Below, in pieces: positions 18,208-27,792 of a stretch of DNA of 64,000 nucleotides. This DNA is from Candidatus Fermentibacteraceae bacterium (GTDB taxonomy: Bacteria > Fermentibacterota > Fermentibacteria > Fermentibacterales > JCC-6). The notes beneath the pieces are model-generated. The model had not been told where the DNA came from, made no database searches, and saw only the letters and a list, made by a program, of their open reading frames with translations. Where the stretch lies: contig JBGSZS010000018.1 of assembly GCA_041750285.1 (NCBI GenBank), forward strand, positions 192,001 to 256,000, read 5' to 3'. Positions within the stretch are counted from its first letter, which is position 1; each line of letters opens with the position of its first letter. The position numbers and the translations under genes are program-made.

Positions 18208-18484
18208 ATGTCTCCCGTCAGGCGGACTGCCTGCTGCAGCCCCCCGCGATGGCCATCCGGCCGGTACCCCTGGAAAAGGGCATAATCGTTCAATGACGGT
18301 CCGGTGTCAAACATCGGCAGCCGCCGTCGCCCGGTCAGGGGGCGAAGTCATGGGATGACTGTGTTAGCAACGATTCCGCTCCCGCGCAGATCCGGTCCGG
18401 TATGGACATCCGGGCTTCCCGGAAATAGACTAACCCGTCACCTTGTTGATCATGCACCTGCAAACGACCCTCGGGGGGTTACAG

Positions 18485-20377
18485 ATGCCTTCAGGGAAAA
18501 GGCGCACGGGGCGCGCACGGGGCCACCTGACCCCTCTTCTCGTTACAGTACTGCTCCTGCTTGTCCTTGTCACGGGAACCGCGCTGGCCAGGGCCGGAGG
18601 CGGCCAGAGCTACGGCGGCGGAAGAAGCGGCGGAGGGGATGGGGGCGGCGACGGCCTCGGGTTCCTGGTCTACTTCCTCATACGCTTGTGCATCGAGCAG
18701 CCCTGCATAGGCATACCTCTCACGACGGCGATCATCATCGCCATCGTGGTCTACAACAAAAAGCGCAGGAAAATGCAGGAAAGGTATATAGCCCGCACGT
18801 CCGCCGTCCGTCGCGAGGCAGCTGCATCAAGGGGCACGGCCGATCTTGCCGTCCTGAAGGCGGCTGACCCCGGTTTCACCGAGGCCGGTTTCGAAGCGAT
18901 GGTGAGGACCGCCTTCACGGCGGTTCAAAACGCCTGGAGCCGTCAGGACCTGTCCACTGTCGGGGCTTACATCTCGGACGGCGTGCGGGAAAGGTTCAAC
19001 CTTCAGTTCGGGATGCAGCGGGCCATGGGATACAGGAACAACATGGAGGGCCTCGAGGTGCTTGGCGTGAGGGTTGCAGGCGCACAACTCGACACGGGCT
19101 TCCAGACCGTTCACGTCGAGATCCATGCCACAGCTGAGGATACCGACGTTTCCCTCTCGGACGGCCGCAAACTGAGAACCAACGCAACCGGCGACTTCCA
19201 CGAGTATTGGACCTTCCTGAGAAGGCCCGGCGTGGGAACTCCGGAAAAGGGGGGCATCGTTCAGGGGTTCTGCCCCAACTGCGGCGCTTCCCTTGATATC
19301 AGCGATGCCGGCAAATGCAGCTACTGCGGAGCCTACATCACAAGCGGGGCCTACGACTGGATCCTGACGGGGATCACGCAGGAAAGCGAATGGATACCGG
19401 CCGTATCCCCGGAAGCAGTACCCGGGCTGCCGGAGATGACACGCAAGGATCCCGGCTTCAACCTGCAGCCTCTGTCGGACACGGCTTCGGTTGTTTTCTG
19501 GAGGTACGTCTCGAGCTACTTCGAAGGATCAACCGCTCCCATGACAAAAGTGGCTTCGACATCTTTCCTGCCCACGTTGAAGCGGAACATCAGCCAGACC
19601 GCCGAGGGGGACTGGCACCTTTACTTCCACGACGCTGCAGTCGGCTCGGTGAACGTACTCGAGATTATTCCGGGAGCCGACATGGACAGGGTGCGTGTGC
19701 TGGTGAAGTGGTCGGCCTGGAGCCGTTACAGGAACGGGGCAGGGCAGGTGAAGGGCACGGGGGACCGCAGCATAAGACCGCAGGTGTTTACTCTGGCACG
19801 CCGTCCCGAAGTCACCACAAGGAAAGAGCATGACTTCCATTCGGCACACTGCCCCGGCTGCGGAGCTCCCTACAGCGGCGGTTCGAGCGGAAACTGCGAG
19901 TACTGCGGCAGGCCCCTCAACGACGGCTCGGGGGCATGGATACTCGAGGACATCTCCGCCTTCTCCGCGTCCATGCTCGGAAGCAGGATGGGCACACCTG
20001 CGGCTGACCCTGAAATGGTTCTGATGGCAATGGTGGCGACCATGTTCGCTGACGGAACCCCCGGCGTGGAGGAACGCAGGCTTCTGGATGCCTTCGCCGC
20101 AGGCAGGGGGATCCAGCGTGAATCGGTTGCCGCCATGGTCGCGGCCTTTGAAGAGGGCGCCGGGGTGCCCGGGGCGAAGGACCGGACCGAGGCGAAGGCC
20201 ATCCTGTCCGAGATGGTGGGAATGGCCCTCGCAGACGGCACTATCTGCCCCGAAGAAATGAGATTCCTCGAGAGCTACACCACCGGCGCGGGTCTCTCGA
20301 ACGCGGACCTTCGCACGATGATCGCCGGGAAGAGAAGAACGCTTTACAGGGAAGCGAAGCGCTCCGCCCCTGGGTAG
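18485..20377 (+). CDS. Membrane protein with two TIM44-like + zinc-ribbon modules and a C-terminal TerB-like domain
   Basis: Signal peptide and ARAGGG Gly-rich stretch, TM, DPGF..F..VQNAW, EYWTFLR, CPNCG..CSYCG. The module repeats (DPGF..CPGCG..CEYCG). MFADG..EER and ALADG..EE match TerB motifs. Confidence 0.8.
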   Translation: MPSGKRRTGRARGHLTPLLVTVLLLLVLVTGTALARAGGGQSYGGGRSGGGDGGGDGLGFLVYFLIRLCIEQPCIGIPLTTAIIIAIVVYNKKRRKMQERYIARTSAVRREAAASRGTADLAVLKAADPGFTEAGFEAMVRTAFTAVQNAWSRQDLSTVGAYISDGVRERFNLQFGMQRAMGYRNNMEGLEVLGVRVAGAQLDTGFQTVHVEIHATAEDTDVSLSDGRKLRTNATGDFHEYWTFLRRPGVGTPEKGGIVQGFCPNCGASLDISDAGKCSYCGAYITSGAYDWILTGITQESEWIPAVSPEAVPGLPEMTRKDPGFNLQPLSDTASVVFWRYVSSYFEGSTAPMTKVASTSFLPTLKRNISQTAEGDWHLYFHDAAVGSVNVLEIIPGADMDRVRVLVKWSAWSRYRNGAGQVKGTGDRSIRPQVFTLARRPEVTTRKEHDFHSAHCPGCGAPYSGGSSGNCEYCGRPLNDGSGAWILEDISAFSASMLGSRMGTPAADPEMVLMAMVATMFADGTPGVEERRLLDAFAAGRGIQRESVAAMVAAFEEGAGVPGAKDRTEAKAILSEMVGMALADGTICPEEMRFLESYTTGAGLSNADLRTMIAGKRRTLYREAKRSAPG

Positions 20378-20394
20378 GATCAGGCAAACCCCGT

Positions 20395-22008
20395 CTAAGG
20401 ACCCAGTGCCCTCATGTTGTCGGGCGGAAGGCTGTCAACAGCCATGAATCCCGGGGGAACCGATCCGGTGAACTCGTAGATGATCGTGTTTCCTGAAGCG
20501 CTTTTCCAGACAGGGGTCAGGAACGGCGGCGGGTCCAGCACAGCCCAGCTTCTGCCGTCGGGTGTTCTCCTCCATCTCCCTGAAAGCCAGGGTCTGAGTT
20601 GGGGAAGATCAGGGTCAACCGCCAGAAACCTTGCTCCATGACCTTCCAGAAACGGCCAGAGAAGCATTTCGTAATCGTTGGGCCATGTCACGGTGGGTCT
20701 TCGGTAAACCCAGTGATAAAGCTCAACGTTGGGGTACGTCACGACCCACGTGCCCTCGGGTACGTTGTCCCTGATCCATCGGGCGCCCTCCATCGCCTCA
20801 GCGGCCCTCCCTCTGTTTTCATGCATGAGGACCTCCCCGACTGGCCGGATCAGGATGAGCGCGTTGACAAGAATAAAACCGGTCATAAGACCCCTGACCC
20901 TGCCTTCGACCCTCACGACACCGGCAAGACCCAGCGCAGCGACGATGGCGTACACCGGCGCCAGGTAACGTCCGCTATGCTGGTGCACCGACAGGGCCGC
21001 CATGAGGGGAAGGGCGACAAGGGCCGGGAGAACCATCTTCCGCCTCATTTCACCGTCACCGAGACCCAGTGCCACGAACAGAAGGAACACAGCCATGGTG
21101 GGCTGGGCGAACGGCTCTCCCCTGTGGGATGAACCCGGGCCGAAAGGCTCGAGGACCCTGGCCACCCCCCTTAAAACGAATGATGCACAGGCCGCTGGCC
21201 CCTGGTTCTCCAGCATGTCTGCCGGACCGGGAGGGGTGGACCTGACGCTCCACGCCGACCAGTGGTTCTCATTGAGAACGAACTGGCCGTTCTGGCTGTG
21301 CGTTGGGCTTCCGAAAACACGGATGTTGCGTGCGAACCACGGAAGGGCCGCGAGAAGGAAAAAAGCCAGAAAAAGGAGGGCCTTGGGAAATCTGGCCCTG
21401 CCTCCCCGAAGGAGGACCCACATGCAAAGCGAGAATGCAAGGATCATGCCCTGGGTTCTCGTCAGATAGGCCACTCCCGAGACAACTCCCAGCAGGGCTG
21501 TCCTTCTCCACCCCAAATCACCGCTTCCGGCGATCCGCATCGCAACAAAGACGAGGGTCGTGTAAAGAAGGAGGCAGTCAGGTTGAGTGCTGAACCAGAT
21601 GAAGGGAGGCGACACGGCCAGAAAGGCCGTGGTCAGGATTGCCGTGCGTCTGCCAAGAGCGTTTTCAGCCCAGAAGTACACAGCCATGATGCACAACAGG
21701 CCAAGTGTTATTGACAGTGCCTGTGCGGGCCTCATACCCGGACCCGTGATTCTGAACACTCCTGAAAGAAGCACCGGAAGAAGGGGCTGACGGTTCGCTT
21801 CGGGCCGCAGGTGATCCATGGACCGGTCGTACAGGGTCCACTTGAGGAAGGTGGTGAAGCCCTGACCCCTGTTCAGGTTGTCCGCCAGAAGGATGTTGGC
21901 AGCGATACCGTCTCCCTCCGGCGCAGGGTGACGGAGTGCCGTTGCGAACCTGACACCCAGTGCGGCGAGCAGGATAGCTGCCAGCGCCAGAAAGTTACCT
22001 GAGCGCAT
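20395..22008 (-). CDS. GT-C fold membrane glycosyltransferase (ArnT/PMT-like)
   Basis: Many TM helices, EGD loop, RQPLLP, AYLTRTQG, PWFARN, RYLAP. Confidence 0.75.
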   Translation of the reverse strand: MRSGNFLALAAILLAALGVRFATALRHPAPEGDGIAANILLADNLNRGQGFTTFLKWTLYDRSMDHLRPEANRQPLLPVLLSGVFRITGPGMRPAQALSITLGLLCIMAVYFWAENALGRRTAILTTAFLAVSPPFIWFSTQPDCLLLYTTLVFVAMRIAGSGDLGWRRTALLGVVSGVAYLTRTQGMILAFSLCMWVLLRGGRARFPKALLFLAFFLLAALPWFARNIRVFGSPTHSQNGQFVLNENHWSAWSVRSTPPGPADMLENQGPAACASFVLRGVARVLEPFGPGSSHRGEPFAQPTMAVFLLFVALGLGDGEMRRKMVLPALVALPLMAALSVHQHSGRYLAPVYAIVAALGLAGVVRVEGRVRGLMTGFILVNALILIRPVGEVLMHENRGRAAEAMEGARWIRDNVPEGTWVVTYPNVELYHWVYRRPTVTWPNDYEMLLWPFLEGHGARFLAVDPDLPQLRPWLSGRWRRTPDGRSWAVLDPPPFLTPVWKSASGNTIIYEFTGSVPPGFMAVDSLPPDNMRALGP

Positions 22009-22102
22009 TGATGTTCCCTTCAACCTTCCACCCTTCCTTCCGGGCATCAGGGTTGTATTTTACTTCAACACGGAGTTTGGGGCCACAGGGAAGGACGGGG
22101 AG

Positions 22103-22885
22103 ATGACGCTGACCTGCGCCACCTGGAACGTGAATTCGGTGAGGGCAAGGCTGACCCATGTGCGGGACTGGCTGCAGGCCGATCCTGTTGATGTGCTGTG
22201 CCTGCAGGAAACCAAGGTCACCGACGACCTGTTCCCCTCAGAGCCCTTCAACGAGCTTGGGTACACAGCCACCACCCACGGCCAGAAGACCTACAACGGT
22301 GTGGCCGTTCTCAGCAGAAGCCCTTTGGAGGATGTTTCAAGGGGGCTGCCGTCGGGTTTTCTTGCCGACCAGGCCAGGCTGCTTTCGTTCCGCCTTGCGG
22401 GGATCAGGTTCCTCAACGCATACGTTCCAAACGGCGGAGACGTATCCCTCCCCTCCTTCGGGAACAAACTGCGATGGCTTGATGAGCTTCTGGCTCTGGC
22501 ATCATCCTTCCCGGACCCCGTGGTGGTCCTCGGTGATTTCAACGTTGCTCCTGGTGCCGACGACACCCATTCACCGCAGGAGCAGGATGGCACGGTGTGC
22601 TATCATCCGCTGGAAAGACAGAGGATCAGGGCATTCCTCGAAGCCGGGTTCACCGATTCGTTCCGGGCTTTCAACCCCGCCGGGAAGGCCTACACCTGGT
22701 GGGATTACAGGGCAGGGGCCTTCAGAAGGAACATGGGCATGCGCCTCGACCTGGTGCTCGCTTCGCGTGAGGCCATGCCGATGTTCGACTCGGTTGAGAC
22801 CAGAATACTCCCCAGAACCTGGGAAAAACCCTCGGACCACGCACCGGTAGTGTTCCGGCTGACCCCTCCAATGAGCCGGGAATGA
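22103..22885 (+). CDS. xth: Exodeoxyribonuclease III
   Basis: TWNVNS, LQETK, YNGVA, YVPNG, GDFN, YTWWDYR, RLD, SDHAP. Confidence 0.97.
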   Translation: MTLTCATWNVNSVRARLTHVRDWLQADPVDVLCLQETKVTDDLFPSEPFNELGYTATTHGQKTYNGVAVLSRSPLEDVSRGLPSGFLADQARLLSFRLAGIRFLNAYVPNGGDVSLPSFGNKLRWLDELLALASSFPDPVVVLGDFNVAPGADDTHSPQEQDGTVCYHPLERQRIRAFLEAGFTDSFRAFNPAGKAYTWWDYRAGAFRRNMGMRLDLVLASREAMPMFDSVETRILPRTWEKPSDHAPVVFRLTPPMSRE

Positions 22886-22935
22886 TGGGGACTCTGAATG
22901 CGTATCATTAAAAACGATCATACAGGGAGGTCAGA

Positions 22936-23865
22936 ATGAGACTGGCGGTCACCGCATTAGTAGCGGCATGCATTACCGGTCTGTCTTCCGCCGGGGACAG
23001 GGAACTGCCGCCGATATTCGTTCACGAATGGGGGGTGCTTTCTTGGTCGGGCCCCGAGTCTTCATTTTCCGGCGCTCCCGGTGCCCGATCCATGATCCCC
23101 GATGATGACGCCATGCTTGTCAGGGCGCCCGTCCTGTACTTTCACGGTCCCGAGTTCACCGGCACTGTCACGGTGAGGACGGACAACGGCAAGATCTCCC
23201 ATGCATACCCCGAGGTTTCCGGCGGGAGTATCGGCAGCGGGTTCTGCTCCTGGACCGGCTCGTTCAGTTACGAGGAGGATGACCCCTCCCTTCGGGAAAC
23301 AACCGTCCTCATCGATGATCGCCGTTCATCTTTCCCCTTCCCGCGCTGGCCGTACCACCTGTGGAGAACCGGCGAAAGCATGACCGTGACCACATTCTGC
23401 GCAACCGAAAGCTTTCTCTACTACGAAACAGAACCAGCCGACCTGGGCTTCCTGCCCTGTTCGAGTGGCGGGCAATCAGTGCCGGAAGAGTGGGGGCAGG
23501 TTCCCGCCATTGCCCTGACTTGGTCGGGAAGCGGCCTGCTTTACGCAGAGTGCAGCCTGGGAGACATCCCCGGCCCCGATGACGGAACGTTCGTGGCCAT
23601 GACCCCCGACCTTATCCACCGCACCCTTCGCCAGTGGTCCCGGAACGTGATCGACATCGAGGAGGTGGACGCCCTCTGGACAACCTGGATGGATTGGTTC
23701 TCCGGCGGTTTCGCTGAAGGCGGGAGCTACCCCGGGGGGCTTCTGCTGTACCCGATCCCGGAAACCCTGCTCTCGAACCTGAGCACCATCGAGGTCGTTC
23801 CTGACGGTCCTTCGCAGTATCCAACCCGCGTGAGAAGGTTGATCCTCGCAGCGGTTCCCCTTTAA
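22936..23865 (+). CDS. Secreted hypothetical protein, HEWG family paralogue 1
   Basis: Signal peptide, VHEWGV, APVLYFHG, FLYYE, ALWTTW; SD GGAGG. Confidence 0.85.
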   Translation: MRLAVTALVAACITGLSSAGDRELPPIFVHEWGVLSWSGPESSFSGAPGARSMIPDDDAMLVRAPVLYFHGPEFTGTVTVRTDNGKISHAYPEVSGGSIGSGFCSWTGSFSYEEDDPSLRETTVLIDDRRSSFPFPRWPYHLWRTGESMTVTTFCATESFLYYETEPADLGFLPCSSGGQSVPEEWGQVPAIALTWSGSGLLYAECSLGDIPGPDDGTFVAMTPDLIHRTLRQWSRNVIDIEEVDALWTTWMDWFSGGFAEGGSYPGGLLLYPIPETLLSNLSTIEVVPDGPSQYPTRVRRLILAAVPL

Positions 23866-23878
23866 GAAAGGCTCAGAA

Positions 23879-24781
23879 ATGCTTACCCTTCTTCTCCCCT
23901 TCCTCGCCGACACCGTGGTCGTACCTGTGGACGACACGCTGATCAGGGTCCATGAATGGGGTGTGGTGTCATTCACCTCGTTCGGCACCGAGGCCGCGGG
24001 AGCCCCGGGCGACACCTACGGCTTCGACCCGTTCGGAATGGTGTGCGTAGATGCCCCGGTGGTGTGGTTCCACGGGTCGCCTTTCTCCGGCACATTCACA
24101 GCAAGGGCCGGAATGGGTTTCGTGTCAGTGGCTTACCCGGAACCAACCGAAGGCTTCGAGGGAGCAACCCCGCAGGTGGTTTCATGGAGGATCGAGGGCA
24201 GGAATCCCGTGCCCTTCGACGAGGCGCCGATTCCCCACGTTCCCGAAAACACACCCTTCCTCTGGGCCATGGACAACTGGAGGGATGTTCCATGTCTTGA
24301 CCTGTTCGACGGCGAAGGCAACTATCTGGACAGGTTTCTGTACTACGAAACCCTCATCCCGGACGGTATCCAGGCCAGGATGAACACGGTCGTCGAGGAC
24401 GGCAGGCATCTGGCGGGGCTGTTCTCCCCCGAAGGGCTGTTGATTACCACGGGCGAAGGATCGGAAGTCCATGTCTACACCATCATCCCCCTGCCGGTGC
24501 TGACCGACGCCCTGAGGCTCCCCCTCGAAAGCACCGAGGTCCACGAGAAACTCTGCGACTGGGCGGGGGGAAACCTGAAGTCCCAGGAGATCGCTGCGCT
24601 GTGGAACACCTGGCAGCCATTCTTCCGGGACAGACCTGCCGGCGAGAGGTGGCTGCTCTTCCCGCTCCCCCCCGAAACCGTGGAAAGCATCAGCAACATC
24701 AGCCTTTCTGTTGACAGCCCCTACTATGCGGCCACGGTGGAGTACCACAGGCTGTTCCTCGGGCTGGTGAGGCTCGAGTGA
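23879..24781 (+). CDS. Hypothetical protein, HEWG family paralogue 2
   Basis: VHEWGV, APVVWFHG, FLYYE, ALWNTW. Confidence 0.85.
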   Translation: MLTLLLPFLADTVVVPVDDTLIRVHEWGVVSFTSFGTEAAGAPGDTYGFDPFGMVCVDAPVVWFHGSPFSGTFTARAGMGFVSVAYPEPTEGFEGATPQVVSWRIEGRNPVPFDEAPIPHVPENTPFLWAMDNWRDVPCLDLFDGEGNYLDRFLYYETLIPDGIQARMNTVVEDGRHLAGLFSPEGLLITTGEGSEVHVYTIIPLPVLTDALRLPLESTEVHEKLCDWAGGNLKSQEIAALWNTWQPFFRDRPAGERWLLFPLPPETVESISNISLSVDSPYYAATVEYHRLFLGLVRLE

Positions 24782-25614
24782 CCGCTCTTCTGCTGCTTCT
24801 TGCGGCCGGCCTGTCGGTGCATGAGTGGGGTGTGGTGTCTTATCGTGATACCGGCTTCTCCATGTCCTCATCACCGGTCGACATTCAGGAATGGCCCCTC
24901 GAGGCCAAGGCTCCGGTGCTATACTTCCATGGCGACCCTTGCACGGCGGTTGTTCGGGTAACCTCGGCCGGTGGCATGATGACAGCCGTTCTCCCCGAGC
25001 CCGCCGCGGGAGGGGCCGGCAGTGACTTCGCTCTCTGGAGCGGCCTCGAGATTTCAACCGAAGGCACCTGGAACCGCTGGCCCGGAGAACCCTCGCGGGA
25101 GTGGGGCTGGCTCTGGTCCGACGTGCAGTCTCTCCGCATAGGGTCGGGTTTCTTTCGAGACAGCTATCTGTTCTACGAGTGCGCCCTGCCGCAGCCCGGA
25201 ATACTGCCCTACGTGGTGGAGGGAGGGAACCCCTCACTGAGGGTGGAGTTCTCCGGCGTCCCCTGTGTTCTCCTCAGGTACCATGAAGGTGAGCCACAGT
25301 TCGCGGTGACGACGCTTCTGGCACTTGCAGGAAGGGCGGGGCACCACTGGGAACCCATGGATTGCCCCGATCGGATCAGGGGGATAGTGGCATCGTGGAG
25401 TGAAGGAGTTCTGGAGCCGGACGAGTTCAATGCCCTCTGGACGACCTGGGGGCAGACATTCACCGACACCCCCCTTCAGGGGCCCCATGTCATCTACATG
25501 ATCCCCCGCAGGGTGCTTGACGATTTCGCCACGATCGAGGTGACAACCGACAACGACGATACGGTCGGGATACTGAGGTTCCAGCTGGCCTTCGTTCCCG
25601 CATCTGTGCAGTGA
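24778..25614 (+). CDS. Hypothetical protein, HEWG family paralogue 3
   Basis: VHEWGV, APVLYFHG, YLFYE, ALWTTW; GTGA overlap with paralogue 2. Confidence 0.85.
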   Translation: MTALLLLLAAGLSVHEWGVVSYRDTGFSMSSSPVDIQEWPLEAKAPVLYFHGDPCTAVVRVTSAGGMMTAVLPEPAAGGAGSDFALWSGLEISTEGTWNRWPGEPSREWGWLWSDVQSLRIGSGFFRDSYLFYECALPQPGILPYVVEGGNPSLRVEFSGVPCVLLRYHEGEPQFAVTTLLALAGRAGHHWEPMDCPDRIRGIVASWSEGVLEPDEFNALWTTWGQTFTDTPLQGPHVIYMIPRRVLDDFATIEVTTDNDDTVGILRFQLAFVPASVQ

Positions 25615-26333
25615 CGCTTTTGGAATCGACGCTTCCGCTGCTGGCAGTGTTCGTGGCAGGAGCGCTTCAGGGCTTCTGCGGTTTCGGGTATTCACTGCTG
25701 GCCATGCCCCTTCTGCTTCTCATGATGCCTGCAGGAACAGCCGTTCCCATTCTTTGCATCACCGGGATCGCGCTGAACGTGGTGCTTCTGATCATGACAA
25801 GGAAGCATCTCGACCTCAGGGGGCTGGCACCCCTGGCCATTGCCGGTGCTGTGTTCACCCCGGTCGGGGTCTGGCTGATCAGGGAGGTTCCCGCTGAAAC
25901 CGCGAAAACAGCGATAGGGACAGGTGTGGCTGTTATTTCGATGGCAATGCTTCTGAAACTCAGGGTCGGGCTGCGCAAGACAACCCCGGGGCTGCTGGCT
26001 GCAGGCGCGGTAAGCGGTATTCTCAACGGCTTCGCGACCTTCAGCGGTCCCCCCGTCGTCCTTCTGCTCTCCGCCAGCGGCGAGGGCAGGGATGGGATCA
26101 GGTCGTGCCTTGCGGCTTACTTCCTGCTTCTGGGGCTCATAGGGGCGCTGTCGTACTCCACGATGGGAGTGCTGACAACCGAGACCCTGCGATCGGTAGG
26201 CATCGCGCTTCCCTTCACCGTGGGGGGCGCTGCGGCGGGGGCGCTGATTGCGCGCAGATCTGACGGGGAATCATTCAGGAGGCTGTCACTAGTGATAATG
26301 GCAGTACTGGGGATTCTGACGGCAATGGCCTAA
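25611..26333 (+). CDS. TauE/SafE (TSUP) family transporter
   Basis: About 8 TM helices, QGFCGFG..LLAMP, SGILNG..SGPP. Confidence 0.88.
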   Translation: MTLLESTLPLLAVFVAGALQGFCGFGYSLLAMPLLLLMMPAGTAVPILCITGIALNVVLLIMTRKHLDLRGLAPLAIAGAVFTPVGVWLIREVPAETAKTAIGTGVAVISMAMLLKLRVGLRKTTPGLLAAGAVSGILNGFATFSGPPVVLLLSASGEGRDGIRSCLAAYFLLLGLIGALSYSTMGVLTTETLRSVGIALPFTVGGAAAGALIARRSDGESFRRLSLVIMAVLGILTAMA

Positions 26334-26803
26334 AGGAAGGGCTGGCCGATTCTCCACTCACCCTGTTCCAGAACCAGGGCAAAGCAGGTTTCTTCCGTTT
26401 CCCCTGACGCCAGGTCGACCTCACACATCACTATGGCCGTGTCACCACGCATCGGACCCATTGAGCAACTGATCCGGTTCCTGTCGGGAAGCTGGGAAAC
26501 GAGCACCGGAGCATCGAGAACGACCCTCACAAAGCTTGTTTCTGTCAGGCAGGAAACCTCCTGACTGCTGCACTGTCTGCCTATCCATCGGCTGATCTGC
26601 TCCGCGGCCTGAGCGGGCTGCATTTTGGCCATCGTTATCATCATGGAAAGCGAGGCCTGGTTCTCGGAGCTGAGCATGCGGAAAACCGTTTCGGCATCGT
26701 ACCTGTAAACGGCGTCGATGAATCCTTCCATGACCTGGACGGGGTCGGCCGAAAGCGCAGATGCAGTGTAAAGAAGCAGGAAGGGCAGCAGGACTCTGGT
26801 CAT
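26330..26803 (-). CDS. Secreted hypothetical protein (NTF2-like/DUF4878-like pattern)
   Basis: Signal MTRVLLPFLLLYTASALS; P..V..F..A...D, GDTAIV and LVLEQGEWRI. Confidence 0.6.
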   Translation of the reverse strand: MTRVLLPFLLLYTASALSADPVQVMEGFIDAVYRYDAETVFRMLSSENQASLSMMITMAKMQPAQAAEQISRWIGRQCSSQEVSCLTETSFVRVVLDAPVLVSQLPDRNRISCSMGPMRGDTAIVMCEVDLASGETEETCFALVLEQGEWRIGQPFL

Positions 26804-26916
26804 CGATGAACATCCTTTCCGATGTGTGCGGCACCCCTCCCGGCATACAATACCCCGAAAACGCATGGAGTGTTCCCGGGGGTTCTGAGATGAGAGTGGA
26901 AAGGCCGAAACAGGAC

Positions 26917-26944
26917 GGGGCGGAGGTTTTGAAGCCTCCGCCCC
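26917..26944 (-). terminator. Hairpin downstream of the TWG-tail gene
   Basis: GGGGCGGAGG-N8-CCTCCGCCCC, 16 nt after the stop; weak T tract. Confidence 0.6.
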
Positions 26945-26960
26945 CGGGATCAGACTAGGT

Positions 26961-27686
26961 CTAGAATGATGCCTTGATCTCGCCCCATGTGCTGCGGGTA
27001 AGGGCGGTGCCTTCCCACATGAACTCGAGGATGTTCTCCCAGATAGCAACGTTCTGGGTGGCGTAAGCAGGTGTGAAACCGCTGATTACGCTTTTGCCGT
27101 CAATGGCGACACAGATGCCTGCCTGACCGGCGGTGGGTGATGAAGACCAGCCCGTGACCGGTGTTGCTGAGCCAACTGTGAACCTGCAGTTAAGGATTCC
27201 AAGACCGGGATCGCTCCAGCTCCAGTCAGAGATGCCTTCGCAGATGGGGTGCCCGGTTTCCCAGGCGTAGTGGGGGACAACGGGGGAACCGAAGGGAGAC
27301 GCCCCGGTGACGCCCATTGCGTTTGCAAGGGTCATCTGACCGGAGGTTCCGTTCAGCCACTCCCAGGTGGATACGTAGAGACGGCCGCCTCCGTTGTAGT
27401 AGCTGGAAATGCCCGACCAGCTCAGCTGATCGGAGTCTGCGTACCATGATTCAACTACGACGATGTCCCACGAACCAGTGGTAAGCGCGTCATTGAACTG
27501 GGTGTACATGCCGCCGGGGTTCCCGCTGGCCGGATAGACGTTGGCCGAAGGCCAGAGGTTGTCACAGGCGGTGAGAACCGCAGTACCGTAGGCACCGCTG
27601 GCATCGTAATAAACCAGGATGTTCGTTGGATCCTGTGCGATGAGCAGTGCAGATGCTACAAGAACGATTCCAAGAAACAGACGCAT
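26961..27686 (-). CDS. Secreted hypothetical protein with C-terminal TWGxIK tail
   Basis: Signal MRLFLGIVLVASALLIA-Q; ends TALTRSTWGEIKASF; SD AGGAGAGG; TTGACA at 27769-27774 upstream. Confidence 0.85.
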   Translation of the reverse strand: MRLFLGIVLVASALLIAQDPTNILVYYDASGAYGTAVLTACDNLWPSANVYPASGNPGGMYTQFNDALTTGSWDIVVVESWYADSDQLSWSGISSYYNGGGRLYVSTWEWLNGTSGQMTLANAMGVTGASPFGSPVVPHYAWETGHPICEGISDWSWSDPGLGILNCRFTVGSATPVTGWSSSPTAGQAGICVAIDGKSVISGFTPAYATQNVAIWENILEFMWEGTALTRSTWGEIKASF

Positions 27687-27792
27687 TTTCCTCTCCTTTC
27701 AAGAGAGTTTGTAACATTCCCCCCTCTGGAATGCCTGACAAATATTACTACCAGTTCAGGGGGTGGATTGTCAATCTCACCCGTGTTCCATT

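Noticed and set aside
18208..18484. ncRNA or operator in the kinase/TIM44 spacer (AGTCAT-GGG-ATGACT at 18346-18360, small hairpins)
   Set aside because: Short palindromes of this size arise by chance in GC-rich DNA, and I recognised no RNA family.
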